Of a stretch of DNA of 32,069 nt, positions 1-6,781 are shown piece after piece. Source of the stretch: an uncultured Isosphaeraceae bacterium (lineage in GTDB: Bacteria; Planctomycetota; Phycisphaerae; Phycisphaerales; SM1A02); assembly GCA_964471525.1 (NCBI GenBank), contig CAYYGU010000003.1, forward strand, positions 7,826-39,894, written 5' to 3'. The notes beneath the pieces were generated by a model. The model ran no database searches, was not told where the DNA came from, and saw nothing but the letters and a program-made list of their open reading frames with translations. Each line of letters begins with the position of its first letter. Position 1 is the first letter of the stretch. The position numbers were made by a program, and so were the translations under genes.

Positions 1-1891
1 CCGCGTAGTCGAAGCGAAGACGATCGGCCGCCACAAGCGAGCCACGCTGATCGCAATGATCGCCAAGGACGGAGCGGAGCGCTCTGTTGAGCAGATGCGT
101 GGCAGTGTGATTTGCTTCGATCGCCGCATGCCGCCGGGCATCCACTCTGGCGTCGACCGCGGCGCTGAGATGCAGGGTTCCCTCCACCAAGTGCCCGATG
201 TGCAGGACCCACGGGCCGGACCGCGTCGTGTTCTCGACGCGGAAGGCCAGCCCGCCCGGCGAATCGCCTTCGGCCTCGGTGATGAGTTTTCCCGTATCGC
301 CAATCTGCCCGCCCTGCTCGGCGTAGAAGGTGGTCCGATCGAGTACCACGGCAACCCGTTCACCGGCCGTCGCGTGTTCGACGAGGTCTTTGCCGTTCCA
401 GATGCCGCGAACATGGCCGATGCACAGCGAACGCTCGTACTTCGGTGAGTCGTCCGTGCCATGACCGCCGAGTTTCTCGAGCGAGGCGATTGCTTCGGGC
501 GGCAGTGCTGCCACGAGGTCGCTGCCCGCATCCTCGCCGCGTGACTGGGTGCGGGCTTGCTCCATGGCGGCATCAAAGCCGTCTCGGTCCAGGGCGATGC
601 CCTGCTCCTCGGCCATTTGCGCAGTCAGATCGATCGGAAAGCCGAAGGTGTCGTGCAGGAGGAAGGCCTGGTGTCCAGAGATGCGGCCATCGCCCGCCTT
701 GGCTTCGTCGGCGGCGCCGGCGAACATGACCAGACCGCGATCGAGCGTCTTGAGGAAGGCCTCTTCCTCTTGTTTGATGACCGCAGCGACATCGTCAGAA
801 GTCTTGATGAGTTCTGGAAAGGCGCCGCTCAGCGAGCCGACGACCGTTGGCACCAGACGGCACAGCAGTGGTTCCTCGGCGCCGAGCGCCTGCCGCGCCA
901 TCCGGACGCCGCGGCGCAGGATTCGTCGAAGCACGAAGCCACGTCCGTCCGGACCGGGCAGGGCGCCATCGGTCATCGCCACGACGAGGCAGCGGATGTG
1001 GTCTGCGATGACTCGGTAGGCCATATCGGCGTGGCTGCCCATGCTGCCTGTGTAGGCCGCCGCTCCGGTTTCTCGCTGAATCGCTTCGAAGATGGGTGTC
1101 CACAGGTCGGTGTCGTAGTTGCTGCGGACACCTTGCAATACTCGCACGATTCGCTCGAGCCCCATGCCGGTATCCACATGCTTGGAAGACAGTGGCACAA
1201 GTGTTCCGTCCTCGCGGCGGTTGTACTCAATGAACACCAGATTCCAGAATTCGATGACGTCGGGATGGTCGAGATTGACCAGCGGACCGCCCGAGTTGTC
1301 GGGCGTTGAGTCAAAATGGATTTCGCTGCACGGTCCGCATGGTCCCGAGGCGCCCATCTCCCAGAAGTTGTCCTTCTTGCCCCAGCGGCTGATGTGGGTC
1401 GGATCGATATCTGTCTTCTCACGCCAAAGCCGCTCGGCCTCGGTGTCCGGTTCCAATCCTTCCTCCTCGTCGCCGGCGAAGACCGTCACGAACAGCCGAT
1501 CTTTGGGCAGTCCCCAGACCTCGGTCAGGAGTTCCCATGCCCATTCGATGGCCTCGGCCTTGAAGTAATCGCCAAATGACCAATTCCCAAGCATCTCGAA
1601 GAAGGTGTGGTGCCAGGTGTCGCGTCCGACATCTTCAAGGTCATTGTGTTTGCCACCCGCGCGGATGCACTTCTGCGTATCCACCGCCCGGGTCCACGGG
1701 CGGCTTCCCGTGCCGAGGAAGACATCCTTGAACTGATTCATGCCGGCGTTGGCGAAGAGCAGCGTCGGGTCGTCGTGAGGGACGACCGGGCCGCTCGGGA
1801 CAATGGTGTGGCCGGCCCTGTCCTGAAAGAAGTCCAGATAGGACTGGCGGATGGCGGCGGCGCTCATGCAATTGGTGGTCTTCGGCTTCAT
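1..1891 (-). CDS. alaS: Alanine--tRNA ligase, N-terminal ~630 codons; the 3' end runs off the left edge of the window
   Basis: Not in the supplied ORF track because there is no stop inside the window. Hand translation of the reverse strand from ATG 1891-1889 gives MKPKTTNCMSAAAIRQSYLDFFQDRAGHTIVPSGPVVPHDDPTLLFANAGMNQFKDVFLG. Further on it gives TWHHTFFEMLGNWSFGDYF (rc of about 1561-1620) and SGPCGPCSEIHFD (rc of about 1311-1350), which are hallmark AlaRS motifs. The frame stays open to position 1. An in-frame Met at 1867 (MSAAAIRQSYLDFF) is an alternative start. Confidence 0.9.
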   Translation of the reverse strand, partial: MKPKTTNCMSAAAIRQSYLDFFQDRAGHTIVPSGPVVPHDDPTLLFANAGMNQFKDVFLGTGSRPWTRAVDTQKCIRAGGKHNDLEDVGRDTWHHTFFEMLGNWSFGDYFKAEAIEWAWELLTEVWGLPKDRLFVTVFAGDEEEGLEPDTEAERLWREKTDIDPTHISRWGKKDNFWEMGASGPCGPCSEIHFDSTPDNSGGPLVNLDHPDVIEFWNLVFIEYNRREDGTLVPLSSKHVDTGMGLERIVRVLQGVRSNYDTDLWTPIFEAIQRETGAAAYTGSMGSHADMAYRVIADHIRCLVVAMTDGALPGPDGRGFVLRRILRRGVRMARQALGAEEPLLCRLVPTVVGSLSGAFPELIKTSDDVAAVIKQEEEAFLKTLDRGLVMFAGAADEAKAGDGRISGHQAFLLHDTFGFPIDLTAQMAEEQGIALDRDGFDAAMEQARTQSRGEDAGSDLVAALPPEAIASLEKLGGHGTDDSPKYERSLCIGHVRGIWNGKDLVEHATAGERVAVVLDRTTFYAEQGGQIGDTGKLITEAEGDSPGGLAFRVENTTRSGPWVLHIGHLVEGTLHLSAAVDARVDARRHAAIEANHTATHLLNRALRSVLGDHCDQRGSLVAADRLRFDYA

Positions 1892-1947
1892 GGTGGGTCC
1901 AGCCTCGTAGTGTAGATGCCAGCCCCGGTATCCTGCGGGCCATCCCA

Positions 1948-2739
1948 ATGGAGCGGCTTGACATGACTCGAATTCCAATGGTGGGCGGAAACTGGAAGAT
2001 GCATCTGGATGGGTGCGGCGCGGCTGACCTCGCCGGGGCGATTGCCGCTGGTCGCGGTGGCATCGAAGGTGAGGTCGAGTTGGCGGTCTTCCCGCCGTAC
2101 CCCTATCTGGGAATCGTGTCCGCTGCGATGGAGGGCTCGGTCGTCCTCGTGGGCGGTCAGGACGTATCCGACGAGCCATCAGGGGCTTTGACCGGACAGG
2201 TTGCCGCCTCCATGCTGATTGATTGTGGCTGCACGATGACGTTGGTTGGACACTCCGAGCGTCGCCATGGCCTCGGCGAGGGAGACGCCCTGCTCTCCCG
2301 CAAGGTCCGAATGGCCCTCGATGGAGGGCTTCGAGTGCTGCTCTGCGTCGGCGAAACATTGGAGCAGCGGGATCGGGGCAAGACCTTCGATACGGTCATC
2401 GGACAGGCCCGAGGATCGCTCGCATTGGTGACTCAGGATGATCTGCACCGTGTGGATCTCGCCTATGAGCCTGTCTGGGCGATTGGCACCGGGCGGACCG
2501 CCGGACCTGCCGAGGCCCAGGAAGTCCATGCAGTCCTTCGATCCGAGCTCGGCTCCCGCTATGATGCTCGGTCCGCCGAGCGGATACGGATCCTCTACGG
2601 CGGCTCGGTCAAACCGGCCAATGCGGCCGAACTGATGGCTTGCGAAGATGTAGACGGCGCATTGGTCGGAGGTGCATCGCTGCAAGCCGAGTCCTTTCTC
2701 GACATCGCCCGGGCGACAACCCGGCGGGAGCAGCCATGA
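1948..2739 (+). CDS. tpiA: Triosephosphate isomerase
   Basis: 263-aa ORF with MVGGNWKMH, LVGHSERR (catalytic His), AYEPVWAIGTG (catalytic Glu) and LYGGSV. ATG 1963 (MTRIPMVGGNWKM) is an equally plausible start. Confidence 0.93.
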   Translation: MERLDMTRIPMVGGNWKMHLDGCGAADLAGAIAAGRGGIEGEVELAVFPPYPYLGIVSAAMEGSVVLVGGQDVSDEPSGALTGQVAASMLIDCGCTMTLVGHSERRHGLGEGDALLSRKVRMALDGGLRVLLCVGETLEQRDRGKTFDTVIGQARGSLALVTQDDLHRVDLAYEPVWAIGTGRTAGPAEAQEVHAVLRSELGSRYDARSAERIRILYGGSVKPANAAELMACEDVDGALVGGASLQAESFLDIARATTRREQP

Positions 2740-3209
2740 GCACCCTCTATCTCACACTCACCGTGATCTTCATCATCGTCGCTGTGGCGATGATCCTCAT
2801 CATCCTCGTCCAGCGACCGGCTGGTGGCGGCCTTGCCGGTGCCTTTGGCGGCGCCGGTGGTGGCGGCACCGAGGGTGTCTTCGGCGGCCGGGTCGGCGAC
2901 GCATTGACGGTGATGACGGTGGTTGCCTTCACCGTGTATCTGACCTTGGCACTCGTTCTCAATGCCAATATCTGGACTCCAGATCGCGGACCCGCCGCGG
3001 ACCCGACGGCAACCGAAACCCTGCTTCCAATGTCCGCCGGTGAACCGGGCTTCGGTGACGAACCGGCAACCACCGAGGACGCCAACCCGACCGACGCTGG
3101 CGTCTCGGCGCCACCGACGGACGCCCCGGACGCCCCGGCTGCCCCGGAAACTCCGGGGGCAACCGATGCTCCGGAGTCCACCCCACCCACACCCGGCGCA
3201 GGATCCTGA
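2736..3209 (+). CDS. secG: Preprotein translocase subunit SecG with a ~77-aa Pro/Ala/Thr/Asp-rich C-terminal extension
   Basis: An internal ATG at 2736 overlaps the tpiA stop (ATGA). MSTLYLTLTVIFIIVAVAMILIILVQRPAGGGLAGAFGGAGGGG...ALTVMTVVAFTVYLTLALVL gives two TM helices flanking a Gly-rich loop. The position directly after tpiA is the classic tpiA-secG synteny. The 32 codons upstream in the ORF track (2640-2735) overlap tpiA and are rejected. Confidence 0.8.
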   Translation: MSTLYLTLTVIFIIVAVAMILIILVQRPAGGGLAGAFGGAGGGGTEGVFGGRVGDALTVMTVVAFTVYLTLALVLNANIWTPDRGPAADPTATETLLPMSAGEPGFGDEPATTEDANPTDAGVSAPPTDAPDAPAAPETPGATDAPESTPPTPGAGS

Positions 3210-3210
3210 T

Positions 3211-4086
3211 ATGCCCCGATCAATGACCGGCTTTGGCGCGTCGCAGTCGGTCCAGGGTGGTTGCCGCTACGGCGTGGAAATCCGTTCGGTCAACGGCCGC
3301 TTCCTCAAGTGCGTCCCGCGAGTTTCCGATGATCTGCATGGCCTTGAACCAGAGATAGAACGGGCGGTTGGCGATGTTCTCCGTCGAGGCTCGGTCACCG
3401 TGACCGTTCGCTTCACGGACGAGTCGGCACGAGCCGCCGTACCCATCAACATCGCCGCCCTTGAGCAGTATGTCGCGCAGCTTCAGCCGCTCGCGACCAA
3501 GACCAACCCTCTTGACATCACCTCGCTCATTCATCTTCCGGGCGTGATTGCTGCCGAGGCGGGAGATTCTCATCTGGAGGCCGCTCGGCCGGTGGTACTC
3601 GGGTTGGTGACCGAAGCGGTCAAGCAGGTTGATGCCATGCGGGTTCGCGAGGGGGCCGCGCTCGCAGCCGACATCTCATCTCATCTCGACAAGATCAAAT
3701 CGCAGTTGGACCGCATCCATACCCGCGCTCCGCAGGTTGTCGAGGCCTACCAGCAGCGGCTCCGTCAGCGAATGGAGTCACTGCTTGCAGAGGCCGAGAC
3801 CGAGGTTCGATCCGAAGACGTGCTCCGTGAGGTGGCCGTTTTCGCCGAACGCACCGACATTGCCGAGGAACTTGCTCGGTTGACCGCCCATCTCGATCAG
3901 TTCCAGGATCTGCTCCAGACCGAGACCGATCTGGTCGGTCGAACGCTCGACTTCCTTTGCCAAGAAATGCTCCGAGAAGCCAATACGATCGGAAGTAAGT
4001 GCCTCGATAGTGAAGTGGCCCGGTGTGTCGTCGTACTCAAGGGTTCGGTGGATCGTGTGAAGGAACAGGTCCAGAATCTTGAGTGA
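3211..4086 (+). CDS. yicC: YicC/YloC-family protein (stress-induced, endoribonuclease family)
   Basis: ATG 3211 lies 1 nt after the secG stop. The N-terminus MPRSMTGFGAS...YGVEIRSVNGRFLKC matches the YicC signature (SMTxYxR...EhRSVNxRYL). The C-terminus QEMLREANTIGSKC...KEQVQNLE matches the conserved YicC C-terminal domain. The ORF-track extension 2962-3210 overlaps secG in another frame and is rejected. Confidence 0.85.
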   Translation: MPRSMTGFGASQSVQGGCRYGVEIRSVNGRFLKCVPRVSDDLHGLEPEIERAVGDVLRRGSVTVTVRFTDESARAAVPINIAALEQYVAQLQPLATKTNPLDITSLIHLPGVIAAEAGDSHLEAARPVVLGLVTEAVKQVDAMRVREGAALAADISSHLDKIKSQLDRIHTRAPQVVEAYQQRLRQRMESLLAEAETEVRSEDVLREVAVFAERTDIAEELARLTAHLDQFQDLLQTETDLVGRTLDFLCQEMLREANTIGSKCLDSEVARCVVVLKGSVDRVKEQVQNLE

Positions 4087-4096
4087 GACAGAGGGC

Positions 4097-5131
4097 ATGT
4101 CCACATCCGATCCGGTGGTCAGTGGGGGTGACCTCACGCCGAAGGAGATTTCGGCAGTACTCGCGCAGTACCGACTCGGTGATCTTGAGTCAGTGAGGCC
4201 CTTTCTTGCTGGGTCATCCCGAGCACCCAAGGCGCGAATCACAACGGAGTCCGGTGTCTTTCTCTTGAAGCGGCTTGCGCCGTCGCGGTCCGATTCGGAG
4301 GGCATGGTGTTTCAGCATCTGTTGCTTCGGCACTTGAGTAAGTCCGGCTTTCCAGTTGCAGAACTGCAGGCATCGACCGACAACCGGACCATGGTGAGTT
4401 CGGATGGTCACCACTATGAGGTGGCCAGGTGGGTGGACGGACAGCGATATGGCTTCGTGCCGGCGTCAGCGAAGGCATCCGGCGCGGCCATGGCAGCGAT
4501 GCATGATCTCCTTGAGTCACTGACCGAACGGGCGCCCTCTCGACGTGGATATCACGATCGTCCGGATGTTGCAAAGGCCGCAGCCAATCTGGCGAAGGAT
4601 GCAGAGTCGAATGTGCGCATCGGGTATGAGCGACTGGGCGATCACCTCCGGCTCGCCCGGCGGAAGGTTCGTGAGTCTTGGAAGCAGATGCCCGTGACAG
4701 TCGCGCATGGGGACTGGCATCCCGGAAATATTCTGTTTGGCGATGACCGCGTCGTCGCGGTGATCGATTTTGAGTCCGCCAGAGCAGAAGCACGGGTGGC
4801 TGACCTCGCCAACGGGCTGCTTCAGTTCTCATTCAATCGTCTCGCGGGCTCACCCGTTTCAGAGTGGCCCATTTCGTGCGACATGGAACTCCTGACAGCA
4901 ATGGGAAGCGGGTTCCAATTGGTTGCCAGACATCGACTCGACGCGACCGAATGCGACTGTATTCCCTCACTGATGATTGAGTCGCTTGCGACCGAAATCA
5001 TCATCGCGCTGCACCGGAAGGGGCAGGTCCGCAAGATGGGGCCCGACGTGGCTCTTCCTTGGATTGTCGCGAGGCTCGACTGGATTGATGAGCATCGTCA
5101 GGATGTCGTCGACGCCCTGGCCAGCAGGTGA
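4097..5131 (+). CDS. Aminoglycoside-phosphotransferase (APH)/homoserine-kinase-type-II-like phosphotransferase; substrate unknown
   Basis: The kinase-fold catalytic loop AHGDWHPGNILF is followed by VIDFESA (a DFG-equivalent). The N-terminal lobe has ...VFLLKRL. The ORF track starts at TTG 4079, overlapping yicC. ATG 4097 (MSTSDPVV) is preferred, 10 nt after the yicC stop. Confidence 0.7.
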   Translation: MSTSDPVVSGGDLTPKEISAVLAQYRLGDLESVRPFLAGSSRAPKARITTESGVFLLKRLAPSRSDSEGMVFQHLLLRHLSKSGFPVAELQASTDNRTMVSSDGHHYEVARWVDGQRYGFVPASAKASGAAMAAMHDLLESLTERAPSRRGYHDRPDVAKAAANLAKDAESNVRIGYERLGDHLRLARRKVRESWKQMPVTVAHGDWHPGNILFGDDRVVAVIDFESARAEARVADLANGLLQFSFNRLAGSPVSEWPISCDMELLTAMGSGFQLVARHRLDATECDCIPSLMIESLATEIIIALHRKGQVRKMGPDVALPWIVARLDWIDEHRQDVVDALASR

Positions 5132-5155
5132 AGGCCAAGGGTCGCAGCGGGTCTC

Positions 5156-5569
5156 TTAGCCGCTCGTCAGTACAACAACCGCCAGAATGAGCCCGAGCAC
5201 CATCACCGCGGCAGCAACGAGCCAAGCGACTCTTGCAGCCAGAGGCGGGCCATGATGCGGCGCGCCTTCCTCGGCGGATGTTCCCACATCGACCATGTCC
5301 CAGTCGATGTCAACCGAGTCGCGGCGGTTTGCCTGAAGCGTCGCCTTGGCGGCGTCGATATCACGGCGACGCACTTGAATCGGTACTCCCCATCGAGGGT
5401 TGGTGGACTGCCCGGTCACGCCGAGTGTGGTGCCCGTGCTTCCGAAGGAGAAGGCGTCGATACCCGCGTCGTCCAGAATCGCTACGAGGATGTGTGCCAC
5501 GAATTCGCTCGTGGCGGTTGTAATCGTGACCAACTGGTCTGGGTCCTCGGTGTTGGTCACGAGGGGCAT
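5156..5569 (-). CDS. Small DUF2007-like (putative signal-transducing, PII-like fold) protein with a C-terminal TM anchor
   Basis: Met codon 26 of ORF 5156..5644 gives MPLVTNTEDPDQLVTITTATSEFVAHILVAILDDAGIDAF... This has a beta-alpha-beta start and the LxxxGI motif typical of DUF2007. The C-terminus AWLVAAAVMVLGLILAVVVL is a hydrophobic helix. It overlaps the upstream gene stop by 13 nt. The family call is from memory of the motif only. Confidence 0.5.
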   Translation of the reverse strand: MPLVTNTEDPDQLVTITTATSEFVAHILVAILDDAGIDAFSFGSTGTTLGVTGQSTNPRWGVPIQVRRRDIDAAKATLQANRRDSVDIDWDMVDVGTSAEEGAPHHGPPLAARVAWLVAAAVMVLGLILAVVVLTSG

Positions 5570-6750
5570 CCTGCATCGAGGTGGGCGACCAGTAGATGGA
5601 GTTGCTCCGGTCCCCACGAACTCTCGGTGAGTATGACCCGCCACGAACAGATCTCGTCCCGAGTGACCTGCGTCGGTTTGGTAGGTATGCCCCGTACGAG
5701 TGATCCATCATGCGCTGGTGCCGCCATGACCCCATCATTCACACAGGACGTGATAGTCATCCATAGGTGTTCACGGACCGTTTCATCACCGCTGGCATCC
5801 TCCCACGGGACTTCGACAAAGCACTCCGCGCCGGCGGCGATCAGTCGATCGTAGAGTTCAAGAAACTCGCTCCAGGTATGGACCGCGATTGCGCGATGCC
5901 GATCTGTTGCCCGCTCGGACCGATACACAGCGGCCGCGCCATCACAGAGTCGGCGGAGTACATCACGGGGTGGTTCACCACCACGCTCGGCTTCCAGCTG
6001 CAGCGGCACGTCTTCCTGATCCACATCACCTGCGATCAACAGATGCAGACCCGGTCCGATTTCAATGTGCGATCCGCATTCGGGCAGGGGCGTTTCGAGT
6101 ACCAGCGAGGCGGTCGAAGCAAGCAGATCCGCTGCGGAATCAACCAGCGAAGACTCAATGGCGTCGATTCGCATCTCGCGGCGGCCACACCGAGCCAACC
6201 CACTTGTCTGCAGCGAGTGCGATTCATCGTCGCTTGTGACCTCGACAATCCACAACAAGTCGTCCCGTGGTTCGATATCGCTGTGAAGAATCTCCTCTTC
6301 CAGCAACGCTCGTTCCAGCCAGCGGCCAGTGTCGGCGTCAAGAACACCAGCAGCGGTAGGGTCGAGCATCGTCAGCAGGCGAAGCATGTTGGCGAAGCAT
6401 GTCAGTGGATCGCCCGGATGCAGCAGCGACTGCACAACCAGTCCAGGACGCTCGGCGATGGCATCGGGTAATCCGGTTCCGGACGCCGCCGCCGGTTCGG
6501 GCCAGCAGAGCAGCGGCATCGGCAACCCTTCGATGTGCAGCGAAGCCAGCCAGGCGACACCTTCTGGTATGTCATCTGGAATAGACACGTCGACATCCGC
6601 GCCGATCGCACCGGCCACGCTCGCGGCAAGCGTCTCTGGACTTTCGGTCAAATCCGCGGATACTCCGACGAGGACCAATACCACCGGCGCTGGCATTTCC
6701 AGAACCCACGGGCCTTCCGGGAGATCATGTTGGTTGAATGGCCTTGTCAT
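5557..6750 (-). CDS. Acidic hypothetical protein, 397 aa; the C-terminal region resembles DUF2314 (YegJ-like)
   Basis: This is the only long ORF without a better opposite-strand competitor. No TM helix or signal peptide is evident. The C-terminus CFVEVPWEDASGDETVREHLWMTITSCVNDGVMAAPAHDG...ICSWRV resembles the E-h-hW-h-x-h...G...W pattern I associate with DUF2314. The N-terminal two thirds are unassigned. Confidence 0.55.
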   Translation of the reverse strand: MTRPFNQHDLPEGPWVLEMPAPVVLVLVGVSADLTESPETLAASVAGAIGADVDVSIPDDIPEGVAWLASLHIEGLPMPLLCWPEPAAASGTGLPDAIAERPGLVVQSLLHPGDPLTCFANMLRLLTMLDPTAAGVLDADTGRWLERALLEEEILHSDIEPRDDLLWIVEVTSDDESHSLQTSGLARCGRREMRIDAIESSLVDSAADLLASTASLVLETPLPECGSHIEIGPGLHLLIAGDVDQEDVPLQLEAERGGEPPRDVLRRLCDGAAAVYRSERATDRHRAIAVHTWSEFLELYDRLIAAGAECFVEVPWEDASGDETVREHLWMTITSCVNDGVMAAPAHDGSLVRGIPTKPTQVTRDEICSWRVILTESSWGPEQLHLLVAHLDAGCPS

Positions 6751-6781
6751 GGGGGGTGAGTAGGATAGGGGTAGTGGCCTG

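Noticed and set aside
56-1915. Multiple plus-strand ORFs (56..448, 557..1309, 1119..1568, 1607..1915 and others) and short minus-strand ORFs covering the left 1.9 kb
   Set aside because: They have Arg/Ala/Pro/Ser-rich, motif-less translations. The same DNA encodes an unmistakable AlaRS in the minus-strand frame that starts at 1891. They are high-GC antisense or off-frame shadows.
4034-4084. ACTCAAG-N37-CTTGAGT inverted repeat containing HAIR-like half sites at the end of yicC
   Set aside because: It lies inside coding sequence, the spacing is wrong for an HspR operator (N7), and it is not near any chaperone gene. It is most likely chance.
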